This document shows, piece by piece, positions 23,201 through 36,800 of a stretch of DNA of 64,000 bases. A program made the position numbers and the translations under genes. This DNA is from Harriotta raleighana (Eukaryota), in contig JBNZDD010013719.1 in NCBI GenBank assembly GCA_050575255.1, forward strand, positions 9,072,866 through 9,136,865, given 5' to 3'. The notes beneath the pieces are model-generated. The model was not told the DNA's origin. It saw nothing but the letters and a program-made list of their open reading frames with translations, and did not search any database. Position 1 is the first letter of the stretch. Each line of letters starts with the position of its first letter.

Positions 23201-26200
23201 ACCTGCTCACGTGGAAAACAAATGTGACTTTTGTCCAGATGTTACTATTAAGCAGAAACAATCCATGCAGATGTTAATTTAAACTAATTCCACCTGACGA
23301 AGCCTATGCTTTTGGGGCTTTATTTTTGGAATTAGCATATTTATTAATGTAATATATCTAAATAAAATGCTGCCTCAACTCAATCTTATTTCTGCATAAT
23401 TATGTGACATGCTTTTTTTTGGCACTCAAGCAGGTTTTTAACAATAACCATTTCAATATGGAAGGTAACATATTGCAGAGTCTCATCCTACCTTTATATT
23501 TTGCATCAATGATTTACAGCTGCCTTTCTTCTGTGTAGCTCCTCCCATCCGTGCTCTTCCCTCCCGATAGGGTTGTAATTTTTGTTTAACTGGCTAACAT
23601 TAAAGTTGCTCATGACGGTCATTAAAATATTTGCTTCGTGCATGGAGTTGTGAAACACAAGTGTCAAGAAACAAATTGCCCAGAAATCGTAAAGGAGAGT
23701 TTGCCTGTAGAAGAGGTCCTTTCTATGAAACATGATCTTTTGGGTCACCTACGATAAGTTTGTCCATAGGCTCCCACCTTTGAAGGGAGATCTCTGCAAA
23801 AGACCTCTCCACAGCTTCCAAGCAGACCGATATTTGACAAGCGCAAACATAAGTCCGTTCATATAACGGAGACTGTGCTTGTCAAATAGAGGAAGCACTA
23901 TTGATTTCCGCTGTTTCATTTTACAAGATGTGCTTTGTTTCCCAGCAATGAGGTGAGGCTGGTTCAGGAAATGGCACTCCTGTGACCCATTGCACAGCAC
24001 ACAGACTTACCTGCTGAATGGCTCTTGAGAAAACCAAGTCATACTAATTGAATCCCTTTCATAAAATATTGGTCTGTTTGAGGCATGTTAACCAGTTTAT
24101 CTTTTGCTAAAAGATTATTCTTTATAGTTGAGAGTAAATTAATAAACATTACCTGTGGGAGCTAGGAGAGCGGTAGGCTTTATATTGAAACTACCTCCCT
24201 ACAGGCAGATATTCCTTTAATCATGTTTTTTTGCTGAGAAGTGTACGTGATTACAATGTAAAGTCCTTGTATCTGTAATGTTCGTTTTTAAAAAGAATAA
24301 ATAATTCACAGAAATTGTCTTGTTTTTTTTGCTAAGGAGTATATTAGTTCAAAAATTGCAAACCATTTCACCCAGCAAACCATCCGTTCATGGACAGCCC
24401 TCCGGGAATACATCTGAACTCCTGCAATGCCTATAACTCTTGTTTCAGTGTTCAGCGAAGAAGTCGCCCATTTTGATTTTGTTCTTTAAGTAAGTAAAGC
24501 GTAGCAGCCCTGCTCTTTAAGTTGTGTGTTGTGACTTTTTTTTAACATATAATTTAAAACTAGTATTCCAGATTATTGAAATCGTCATGTTACTTTTATA
24601 CATCGCCTCATTCTCCAAATGACCACAAGCCATTTGGAGTTGGATTGTGCCCTATAATTTGGTTTCCAATAAAAGTGGCTGCTTGTACGTTTTGCCAAGT
24701 GCTATTGACCTGGTGACAAAATACTTTGCAGTACTGCAAAGTTATTGGAAACCTTTTGTTTTTCATCTGTACTTTTAACTAGTTATTTGTTATAAGAGCT
24801 CTCTTGATGGCCTAATTGTACAAGCACTGAACAATACTGGTCAGACGTTCCTGCTTCTGGAGACCCTAAATTTCAGCAAGTCTTATCTCGGAAAACCATT
24901 TTATCAAGGTGGCACAAAATTTAGAAACAATGATAGCACCTTTCACTTCATAGAAGAACCATCTTAAAGCACTTCACAGTATATGCTGTAATATGCAGTG
25001 ATTGTGTATCAGATCTCGCCTTCTGCTAAGTTAGTTGCCTTAAACTCTTGGGAAGGGCAAGTCAGCCATGGATCCTGGGGCCTAATTGTTATCCAGTGGT
25101 CCCTGCTAGCAGGTGAGTTTAAGTTGATGCTAGGTGATGATAGGATTTGGCTTGACTATAATGGGCTTCATTTCAAATTGTTTGCAACATTCATCATCAA
25201 GGTTGTCGCGTAAATAATGGAGGTTTTGGTAATGTGCCAGAAGCTGCTCACTCAAGTACCCCAAGACAGTAAACCTCACAAAAGCCGTAACAGTTGGGAC
25301 CATACATTTAATGTGACTTGTGCAAAGTGTGAGTTATCTGAAATGTTTAAATTATAGGAAATTCTATGGAACTTGGGCAGGTGGACAGACGATTCAGGTG
25401 ATTATATGATTTGTACAGATTAGACTTGTGTGCGTTTTACTGCAGAAGCAAAAAATGTCAGGGGAGGGGAGAGAATTGAGAGTGAAATGCTCCACCATGT
25501 AAATAGCATTGTAACAAATTTGCACATATGATGATACAGTAGATTTAGAGATTTCCTCTGTGTTTTGGAGCAATAACAGGAAGATAGTAGGTTTTCCCCC
25601 TTGGACTGTTCTTGGGTGAATCCTGGATGCTGCCTCTGTAGTTATGTCAGCCTGAAAGCAAATCACATTCTGTGCCAGAAATCAGCAGTCGGAGGACCCC
25701 CAAACGTATATTCTACGAATTACAATTTTTATGGTATAACATGTAGCAGATATGACATTCCCCTGTATCAATAAAATTAAACCTGGTATTGCTTCCTGTT
25801 GGAGTCCATAATACAGCTCAAACAATTTGATGCCATCAGCCATGATTCCCCCAGACATGAAATCACACAGTGCAGTACTCAAATGTGCTCCCAAGAAAGA
25901 GTTATGGTGAGGCAATAAATTTCTTGCTTTCCTGTTGCAATTTGTACTGTACTGTAATGTCATCTCAACCCCTCCATGTGTTGCTGTTTGTAGCGCACTG
26001 CAGACTACATTATCTTCATGTATCCCTTTCTGAAATTTTGTTGCTGTCCTTGTAACATTTGTTACAATTCAAGACTTGCTTGGATTTCAGTTTGTTACTT
26101 TTCAAGGACTCTGACTGAATGCTTGTGTTTGACAAATGTGATGCAACCCATTACCTGTGCTTCCTTTGTATTGGAATAACATATAAACCCTTCTTAAGTT

Positions 26201-26374
26201 ATTTTTAAAAATATGCCTCCCAAAGTTTTAGTTAATCAAGATAGTCCAATATTTGGCTGTTTGATGTGCACAAGATTGGCTGAATTCACCTACAAACTGT
26301 ATTTTCCCCAATTGGCAAGATAACATAATTGCAAACGTAAACCTATATGGTAGATCGTATCTTTGAAAAATAAA

Positions 26375-26533
26375 AAATGTGGTCATTCAATCTACAACTG
26401 TTTGTGGGTCACTGCTGTGTGCAATTGGCTGCTGTGTTTTGCCCACAAAAAACAGTCACTACGCATTACATTATTATCTGAAGTGTTTTGAGATGTCTCA
26501 GAGACTGGTGCTATATCAAATGCAAGGATTATT
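26375..26533 (+). mobile_element. Deu-like SINE 3' half
   Basis: ACTGTTTGTGGG.CACTGCTGTGTGCAATTGGCTGC...GCTATATCAAATGCAAGGATTATT. Confidence 0.8.
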
Positions 26534-27344
26534 ACACATACCACATTCACTGCACTTCACAGTAAAATACTGTGAAACACTTTGAGATGCTCAACTGTGT
26601 GTAAACCTACATTGCAAGTATTATTAGTATTATTTTGCTCTTTGAACATCTTATTTTAAAAGTCATGAATTTCAGTACTTTCTTGTCCAGCACTGCGGCT
26701 CGTGTTCTGAACATTTTTGCGGCTGTTTTGCATAGGTATCCAACTTGTAATGGAATTGTTTCAGCACTGGGGGCGAATGTCACTGCTTCACCTCTGCATA
26801 CTGTACTCTGGGAAGGTTCTCTTGCCAGCTCATTTTCTGTCAACTGACTATAAAACTTTCCAGAGACTTTTGGCTCACAAACAAAATTAAACTTGCTTCT
26901 TTGTGAGCCAGAACTCGGTGGAAAATGTTATAGCATAGCTCAAAGTACATGAGCAGCCAGCAGCGAAGGCTTCTTAGAGTGCACTGCAGGAAGAAGAGGT
27001 AGTGATATCCTCCTAGCGGTAATCAAATAGAACAACAATAATAAATGGTTGCAAAGACTACTGTTTGGTGTTTAAAACATTAAGATTTATTCTGTTAAAA
27101 TGAGAATGACACAGACCTGCTCGTTCTTCCCAATTGAAGCTTGTTTTACTTAATATGAATTTTATGTCCACAAACATGAGGGGCATTGAAGCTGGGAAAT
27201 AAAGCCATTCTATTTAAAAGGATGGAGGGGGGCTAGTTAACTTAAGGGTGTTGTTGGTATCAACATTCCCAGATTAACCAGAAGGAAAAGCTTCCCATTT
27301 GCTTTTCAACAATTTGCCTCAAGCTCGAACAGTTTCAATGTCTT

Positions 27345-28308
27345 GATGACATCATCCGCAGAGATGGGGTCAACTTCCACATGTATGCGGAGGACACCCA
27401 ACTCTATCTTTCTGCCTGTACCTTTGACTCCAGGACCACTGCTGTCCTGATAGACATCAAGTCCTACTTTCTACAGTTGAATATCTACAAGATTGAGGCC
27501 CTCCTGATTGGCAGTACCTTCACAAATCAGACACTGACAGCATCAACCTCCATGGTTGTACCTGCCACCTCACCAAGCCAGTCAAGAACCTAGATGTCTT
27601 GTTCGATCCTCAACTGTTTTTCCACCCCCACATCCAAGCCATGACCGCTCTGACTTCCCTCACCTCCACAATATTGCCCAACTTCTCCATTACCTCAGCC
27701 CTCAGGCCGCTGAAACCCTCATTCATGCCTTGATCACGTCCAACGCCTTGCTTGCCGGCCTTCCCAACTCTTCTCTCCATAGGTAGGCTGCAGATAAACC
27801 AGAACTCTGCAGCCCGTGTTCTCTACCACTCCGAAGCTCTATGATCTCATCTCTCCCATTCTCAACCGAAACCATTGGCTCCCCATTACCCAGAGGAATC
27901 CAAGATCCTGGTCCTCACCTTCAAAGCCCTCCATGGCCTCGCCCCACCCTAGCTCTGTGACCTCCTAATGCCCTACCAACCTGCCCATCCTCTCCGCTCA
28001 GCAGACTTCGGCCTGCTCCATGTCCCCCAACCTACCCGCCCCACCATCGGTGGGTGAGTCTTTAGCCAATATGCCCCTAACCTTTGGAATTCCATCCCAT
28101 AGTCCCTCTGCCTCATCCCCTCCCTGGCCTCTTTCAAGACCCGCCTCAAGATCCTCCTCTTCAACTGTCCCGTCGGTCACACAAATCCCCTCCTTTCCCT
28201 CTACCCTCCCCATTCCCGACCCCAACTCGTTTGAAACATTGACCGTCCCGTGCCTTGGGACGTACTCCTGACATGAAAGGAGCTATACAAATGTCATTTT
28301 GCTGTTGT
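27345..28308 (+). mobile_element. L2-clade LINE, 5'-truncated, degraded
   Basis: [16 protein letters not shown]...IEALLIG... homologous to 46231-47675 with many indels; L2 tail at ~28250-28308. Confidence 0.9.
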
Positions 28309-28435
28309 TCTCCACAGCACCAACCCAATGTTTTATACTTGTGCAAGTGCCTGAGGGCTTTGTGACCTCATCAATTGGTGCTGCGCTAAATGGCAATCTT
28401 CAAAATATTGGATTCGGGGTGGGTTGGGGAACATG

Positions 28436-28672
28436 GAGAATATACTGTAAAGTGAATTGACTGTATCTTCGTGGCCAAAACACGTCAGCTATTTGCCTAT
28501 AGCAGTATCCCACAAACAGTCGTTGATTGAAGGGACCAATTTACTATTGTTTTTGGTGAGAAATTGTTATCTGGTGGGTGGAGTAAGGAAATTTGCCCAT
28601 GGTTTTGCCCTGCCAGGAATCAAAACCAGGTCTCTCGCTTGTGAGGTGAGTGCTCGAACCACTGAGCTACAA
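28436..28672 (-). mobile_element. tRNA-derived SINE (short form), tail lost
   Basis: Colinear with 11690-11930. Confidence 0.8.
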
Positions 28673-30329
28673 TATTTGGATGTTATATAATGTTTCACAG
28701 CCCTTGAAGTCAATCATTGCATTTGCTAATCGTAGAGAATTTCAAATATTCTCAACAAGATTTTTATCAAACATACAGTACACAGTGTTTGTGAAAAGAT
28801 GGTATAAATATGGTTATATTGTATGTTCATTTTACAATAGATGGTTTGGAAAATATACCCAGATATGCATCTTTTGATTTAATAACACAAGAAGATTTAG
28901 ACTGTAAACTTTTGCAATTGTTCTTTTTTTATTACTCTGATGAGAAGGTTTTTGTATTGCATTATCCAAGTGCTTCACGAACAATTATTCTCAAATTTAG
29001 TGTCTTTTTTCTTAGCAAACACAGTAAGGTCCCACAAGTTGCTTTGTAATGAATAGCCAATATAATTTGGAGAGTTGTTGGTCAGGGCAACTCACCAATT
29101 TTTTGTTTTATTATCTCTAATTCTAACCTGAATAAGCAGAATGGATTGTGGTGCAACATTTCATTTCAAAGATGGCAAACCAGCACTCTTCCAGTACTGC
29201 ACTGGAGTGTCAGTCTGGAGACTATCAACTGTCTCAGGGCTTAAAGTCAACTTTCTGACCTAGAGGTAGGTGAGAGTGCTACCAGCTGACATGTAAATTG
29301 CAGTAAAATATTTGTCAGCTGGATTGATAATGCAAAAAAAAGTGTTGTACAGTTTTAAAGTCCATACATATTTCTCAAGGCAACAGAATTGGGATACCCC
29401 AGCTATCTTGGAAGGCAGCTGTGATATTTGTAAAAGGCAGCATCCATTAAATCCACAGGCACACTGTTCCAGAAAGTCAGAAGAACATGCATTCAATGTG
29501 ATTTATACAAATTTTGAGTGTTATTTGGATTTTAAATGCATTGAGTTTCATTTGAATAATCCTTGCATTTGCATTTTTATATTTTAAAACCACAACTTTG
29601 GGTCCACTTTTCTGGAATGGAAACAGCCTGCACCAGATTGAATTATTTTCTTTCTATTTAATCAACAACAACTTGCATTTATTTAGTGCCCTACATATGG
29701 GATAACCTCTCATAGCACTTAAGGATACAGTTGAACACTGAGAAGGGGAGCAGGGGTAAGGGGAGGTGATCTTAAACATGACATAATAATAATCAAATAA
29801 AGAATGAAGCTCACTTGTATTATGGCCCGGAATACTAGCTTTTTAACACACAATAGTTCTCATTTAAAAGTAGTAAAACAAAATTCTCTTTTATCTGCTC
29901 TTTAAGACACATCTTAACTGATCTAGTTAATCACCACAATATACATGCCTGATATAGATTTGGATACTTTTTACCGAGGAAGTGTGTTAAAGTAAAAGGC
30001 TTTATTACAGTACAACTAACATCAATGGATGGCTTTTAAAACATTGGAGGATTTTACGCCTCTGTAAATCGCTCAATGCTCTTTATGGGTTTCTGAACAT
30101 ATAAATTTTGTTTTGTTGAGAACTTAAGTGAATATTCAAGTCTGCAACTGAGTAGAGCACCAATATCTAGAAATGGCTTAGCAGAGAAAGCAAGATAGGT
30201 TAGGTGCCATCAAGCTTTTCTGCTACGTAGCCTTCACAAAATAATATCAAAACCAGATTGGCAGAGCAAAAACTTTCTTCATGAGTAATAAACTTTCAAT
30301 CAATCTTTTCACTAATAATAATCTGGAAA

Positions 30330-30565
30330 AAAATACCCTTCTTATTTTCAATAGTGCCATGGGTTCTTTCCATCCACATCAAGAGGCAAAAGTGACTCGA
30401 TTAGATAGTTAATCCAAAGGAGCACACCACTGACAATTCAGCACTTCTCCTACCCTTCACTGTGGTGGCAGCCTAGACTACAAGCTCAAAGCTCCCGTCG
30501 TGCGACTTGAACCCACAACCTTCGGACCCCAATGCTAGAGTGCTACCGACTGAGCAAGCTGACAA
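30330..30565 (-). mobile_element. Old SacSINE1-like SINE relic (a similar relic lies at ~29090-29290)
   Basis: Minus-strand tRNA head TGTCAGCTTGCTCAGTCGGTAGCACTCT...GAAGGTTGTGGGTTCAAGTC. Confidence 0.55.
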
Positions 30566-31869
30566 CATTTTTTTTTTACACTTATATAGTGCCTTCATAG
30601 GGAGCAAATGTCACAAAGTCACAGAGTTGATTGGCAGCCTGAGTGGAGTTAGGGGGAAGCTAATGTAGGAATGGGTAAAGGTGACTAAAAGCGTGGTCGA
30701 AAATAACCCATATATAAAAGATTGCATTTTCGGTGTACTGAAAATTGGGATGTACAGAATTTGAAGCGCTGCTTAAGAAAGTTGTCAAGTGTAGAACAAT
30801 ACTACCAGACTTGTCTGACATTTCAGGTCTAAACCAGTGCTTAACTACAAGTCAAAACCCCATGGCATTTATCAACTCTGCTATTTTGGAGCAGAAATGC
30901 AGCAGAAGATTAAGGATATTTAATGAAAACAAGCTTCTGGTGAGCAAAGCATTCCATTAACCAGGTTGTGCTTTCAGGCACTTTCGTATTTTGTGGGTAT
31001 AAATCAATATCCATCAACTCAATTCAAAGTCAATGCAATGCGCATGCAATGAACTGCACATGCTTATTTTTCTATTAATGCATCGTGTATTCATTGAGTC
31101 AGATTATTTTAGTGCTGGCAAATGTACCATTTGTTATTGCTTCCTACTTTCTGTCAGCACCAACCCATTCTAGGTCTGGTATAATTTAGCTGAGATTGGA
31201 TGTAGGGTAAAGATCTCTACAGCACAAACACAAGCAGTTTATACTGCGATCGCTTGCCCACTATCAATTGGGTTTTGCTGAGCACTTTAGCAGCTGTCAG
31301 AGATGACGTGATTCTGTCAATTAGGGCTGAATTTGCCTATTCTTCAACAGATAAATTTTACGATTTACCTTCTAACTTTAAAACTCCTTCATCCCACTCC
31401 ACGCCCCAGCTTCTGTTGCCTGGTGTATTTCTACTCTCCATACTGTGCGCTAACCCACACCCATTCCCTGTCTCATGTTCCCTACACCCTCCCATTGACA
31501 ATGAACATATAGCCACTTGCCCCCATATTCTGGAGTTCTTTCCCAAAACCTCTTTGCCTTGCAACTTCACTCATTTTATTTCAGAATCTTTTTAAGAACC
31601 TAGCTTTTTAATTGGGTCTATATTTTGGTCAGCTGGTCCACGTGCTTATAATTATCGAACCAGACGGAGAGTTCCATGCATATCACCTATTCAAAGACAT
31701 ATTCCTTTGTCCCGAGGAGTGCACCCTGCACCCTGTTTATTAGGTTGAGGAGAGTCAATTTGTGGTGCCAAGAAACCTCAAAAAGATAACATTTTACTAT
31801 AGCAATACTGGTTTTCTTTCAACTGTTTAAAATTAAAAGCTGACATGTGGTGTGGCACAGTGCAGAAAG

Positions 31870-32100
31870 GTCTCTGGTTCATTGAGTCGTCTTTTGCTGA
31901 ATTAGCTGATCTCAGCAAGAGTAGTGGCAAGCAAGCTACAATTAGCCTCAAGAATTCCAGTTTAGGAAGTGTTTTAAAATAAACTCAATGGAGTTCCAAG
32001 CCCTGATTGCCAATCCTACTTAAAAGTGGACGTGCATGATATTGAGTGAGGACAGCGTCAGACGTGGGTTGTGATGTATGTCAAGGCTTACTCGTCTTGG
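31870..32100 (+). mobile_element. Ancient SINE relic of a further family (other copies at ~25010-25200, 41770-41985, 57030-57260, 58995-59175)
   Basis: Motifs GCTGA.TTAGCTGATCTCAGC, ACAATT.GCCTCA, AAATCAGCC.G.GTTCCC.CTCCTGAT and TGAGGACAG recur across five loci. Confidence 0.6.
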
Positions 32101-33825
32101 ACACCATTGGAACTGCCTCCTAATATGAATCACTGTTTTCAGGATAGTTGGCAGAAGCAGAGACATTGTGGGAAAAATTAAACAATCCACTTTAAATTTG
32201 TATTTGGGAATTTTTAATAGCAACACAATGTCTTTACACTTCAGTGATGTGTACTATATATGGAAGGAGTGAATTCAGTTGTAAATGGAAGTCTATAATT
32301 AGGCTCCTAACTCCCAAAATGCAACATGGAGTCTGCAACCAACCCTGAGCAGAACCTGGGTATTTCTGTCTGAACCTGTTGCTATGGGAACTGTCAGTTC
32401 TTGGTTGGTCAGCAGCACAGCCAGAGAGCTCCCCTTATTAACTGATAAGCAAGTGTTCTGAATTGTTGCGGTTCAATTGTTGCGCACGATGGGTCTTTGT
32501 GCTGACGTTCTTGAGGTCTGCTGGCTCTGCCATATATACAGATACAAGCGATCTTGATCAATTAGCATTGAAGTCATGAATGTGATTTTCATGTGTGTGT
32601 GTAAATACTTTCAATGGTCAAATTACTTACAAAGTCCATCAAGCAACCTTTTAAGAACCTTCTTGGTTAAAATTATTAATTACACTTGCATTTAATTTAG
32701 CTCCTAATCACATCTCAAAAGTGCTTCACAATAGTTATTGATGAGTGGTAGGCACTGTATAATTATAAGGGAATATGATAGCCAATTTCAGCCAAAGTCT
32801 GAAATTGGGTCTTAATTTGACATCTGTTCTTTTTTAAGAACTGTGGGAAAGAGCCTTCCAAATTAAGACAGAACTCAAGCATTTTCCGCAGTTCTGCACA
32901 GTCTTACATTTTAGGATAAAATGAGTGGTCTTGTGAGCTAAGACTTAAGTGGAATTTCGGGCCTTAAGCCTTACAGTCAGGGCAAGCAAGCTGCTTCCTG
33001 CTCTCCCATAAATGTGGTTCTGTAAGTCAGCCAATCCGCTCTCCCAGCCTGCCAGCAGATAATGACCTGGTGTCAGCTGGGTTCCTCCTCTTGGGAAAGC
33101 AACAGAGATCAAAGTTCTTTCATTATGTGTGGATTTGTGAGCTCACAGCTTTCTTTCTACCACTCACTGGCACGTCACTGAACTGTTTGTTTAAAATCCA
33201 GCATCTAACAAAATGGGTGCTAGATATGAGGGCTTAAACAAGGAACTTTTTTTTGCCCACATATCCCAACAAATACAATCAACAAGTTCATACATTGAAC
33301 TTCTTTGATGCAGACCATTAATTAATGTCTACATTGAAGTTGTATTTACCATAGAAAGTGCTTTAATTTTTTTTAAATGTACCTACACCTTGCATGCATA
33401 TGGGTTTAAACATTTCATAAAGCATAAATAGTTTAAAAAAACACATTTATTCATTTGACTTAGCTTTCCTTAAGATGCTATGATAACCACTCTTGAAGCC
33501 TCTGTTTAAATCCATGGTAAACCTTGTCTCCACCTTGTCTTGACATCTCAAAAAGGGCATCACGGAATATACTGTAAAGTGAATTGATTATATTTTATAG
33601 GTGAAACGCAGCAGCTAACAGTATCCAACAAACAAATCTTTTTTTCCTTGCGGAGGAATGGAGAAAGGGCATAATGGTAATTTCAATTGGAATTTTTTTA
33701 AGTGATAAACTGACTGATAAACTGTGCCACACCACTTAAACTCTTACGTTGTACAACTAAAATGTATTTTAGGGGTACATGAGTTAAGCTACCAATGCTA
33801 TATACATGTTAGCTTTCGTGACCTA

Positions 33826-33893
33826 ACTGGTCAACGCCTTGAGATGTCTCCCCGACATGAAAGACGCCTATACAAATTAATTTTGTTGTTGTT
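33826..33893 (+). mobile_element. Short L2 3' tail insertion
   Basis: CAACGCCTTGAGATGTCTCCCCGACATGAAAGACGCCTATACAAATTAATTTTG(TTG)n. Confidence 0.75.
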
Positions 33894-36800
33894 GGTCCTC
33901 GACTTACATTTCATTATTATTGGTTTAAGGCAATTGTAATTCATCAAACATAAAGCACTAGCTTTGCATGATCATGTGCATGTGTAACAGTACCGTTGCA
34001 CAGCTGTGTGCAGTGGTATGACTGCTCTGACTTAAGTTTAGATGTTTTATTTTGCACAATCTACTCTCATTGCTGCATCATGAAGAATATAAGAACAAGG
34101 AAATATGGGAGCAGGCCAGTTTATTTCTGGTGCTGCTAACTACTTCCATCTCTGTGTCTCGTTTAGTTTGGCACTTTGGCATACTCCGCAAGGTGGTGTA
34201 TCCCTGGCCTAATTATACAGCCCACATCAGGTCGGTAAAGTTTTGATCTGTTCGTGGAATTTCTAGGTACAAGCTAGTGTGTCTGTAATGGGCACTTACT
34301 CACTACCAGTCCTCCGGTCCTCTTTAACAGCATTCCCTGTCACATAAACTGGAGGATCCTGAGCAGACTGTGCATGGGGAGTCAGGTTACAGTGTGGAAC
34401 AAGAGACTCGGTCGGTCAAAGAAAAAAAGTGTCTAGGATTTTTCCTGAAAAGATCCTCCTAGAACTGTTTTTTTCTAAAAAAAATTAAAGTTTTGCTTGC
34501 TTAAATCATAAGTTAAGTTGAGCTGAACTGAAACTGGCTGAAAATCTAACCCTTTCCATGTCTGGTTTGATTTAGGTTCCCTTCTGGAGCTTTGTGGCAA
34601 AAGCACAAAAATAAAGCATTTTTAACAAGAGAGTTAAGAGTCTGCTGGCCTGGTATTTCACATAGCAGTTAAAATCGAGCATGGTTTACTTTTTCAGTTA
34701 AATGAAAAGTTTTAAAATTATGCTTAAAACGTATGTTTGTCTGAACGGGTGGGTGTGCAGCGAATTCACAGATCCAAAGGCAAGGGACAGATGTGGAACA
34801 AATGTAATTCGATCGGAGCAGTCTTTCCTGCTCCTTGCACAGGCTATATACAGTTGCAGTCTTTCCTGCTCTCAGTTACTCTGACACATTCCACCAATAA
34901 TAATGCATGCATTAACCCTTCCCCTCCCCCATCCCCAACGCACACACAAAACAATACTTGTTTAAAAATATTTGTAATGTTTGCTGCTTTTTTCGTCACC
35001 GAGTTTTCTGATAGAACAAGATTTTATAGTAGTTCAGTAATTTTTTTTAAAAAAAAGGATGGATGTTTAATTCAGTTGTGCATGTTTTCCACGCCGAAAG
35101 CATGACTTTCTGCGTGATTGAGTACGCTCAGAGACAGCCAAAGGAATGTGGAGGCATGTGGACACAGATGGAATTAACTATGGTTGACTGATTACTGGAC
35201 CAGACAGTCATGTGATGCAGCTTTCAGTCCCAACTGCACAAACAGTTGAAGTCGGTACATGTTACACGCCTGTGATGCTGTAAGCCCCAGAAACAATCCT
35301 GTACTGTCATGCAATTCTCTCCCCCTCTCTCTATGGTGAAGCAATGAATGGCTCCTTGCAATCTCTGCATTGTACAGTAATCTACAAAAGTGTTTGCAAC
35401 AACTCTAGTCGGGAGAATTTGTTCCCAGGGGCTATTTCAATTAATGATCCTTGTTTGGCTGAGTATTTTGCGTCAGAGGAGTGCACTTCACAGGTTACAT
35501 TGTAAAGAACATTTTGCTGGAAAATCCATTATATCACTGATATTCAGAGTACTTACTCTTCTGTGACTGAGGGAGTGTACACCTATTGTGTGCTAATTTA
35601 AATATTGGGGCTGGGAATATGAAGTAGTCAGTAGTAACCTATTAGAGTATTAAAGACAATCACTCTGAGCAGCATTTACGTATGCATAGGTTTCTGAACT
35701 GCTTTATTTTAGGAGCGTAGTTCATGGATGATAACATAATTGCTGAATAAACCCTCCGAAGCATATGCAAGCTGTTTATAGCCTGAACAAATAGAAGGAA
35801 GTTGGTAAAGTGAATACAGTAGTTTGGAAATCCTACTGCAGCTGGTAAATGAGTTACCATTTTTCAGGTGTTATATTTGTTCCTGACCATTCCATGAGCA
35901 GCATTTTTTAGACAGCATATCTCTGGAACTCATTTATCTACCCCTCTGCCCACCCCCCCTCTCCCATCACCAGCCCAACCTCTATCAATCTTTAAGTCTT
36001 ACCTTAAACCTACCTTTTCGACTGTGCTAATCAGTCTCCATCACTCTGGAATGCTATGCTGCATGAGGAGGCGATATATAAATATAAGTTGTTGTCACTG
36101 TAAAGAGCACAGAAATGTGATTCCACATGAAGGATGCTATGTAAATGCGTAAACATCCATTGTACACCAGAGCTTTGACTTTTGCACCCAGTAACATTGA
36201 CAACAAATATCGACAATAAATGCAGGGAATTAGAGGCTTTTTAGACAGGCAGGAAAATGTGAATGCCTAGAGAGCTTTTAAATCCATTGGTCATCCTCTG
36301 CCCAACACAAGATATTATTTTTCTAGGAAAAAAATCACTTGTGAGTTTGTTTTTAAAAATCACAGCACAGAGCCATAAAGGACAGCCCATTTCAGAGCCC
36401 CGTGGGCTTTGGTCATTTGAGTTTGCATCAACAAAGATGAAAAGGCTTCCCATTTGGTTTCAAAGTATGCCCCCAAGTTGAGGTATTTAAAAGAGAACAC
36501 TTAATCGGGTTGAAAGTATTATTCACAAATTATATTTCTTTAGATAATTGATGCTTCGGATCAGTGACAGAAGAGAAGTGCAATAGCTGCTCCTTTGTGA
36601 CTGTCGTGCCGCAAAGGCTGATTCTGCTGTGCCTTTATTTTTAGCCGCTCTATATTCTGGCAGCTGCTGTGCCTCTCATATAAGTGGGCTTTTATTACCA
36701 TAGCATGTGCGCAGAATGCCACAGTCTGAGAAATGGATTATTCGGCAGAATAATGCAGTGAAGGTTTGGCAAGAGGATGGTCGACAGTTGGATTTAAAAA

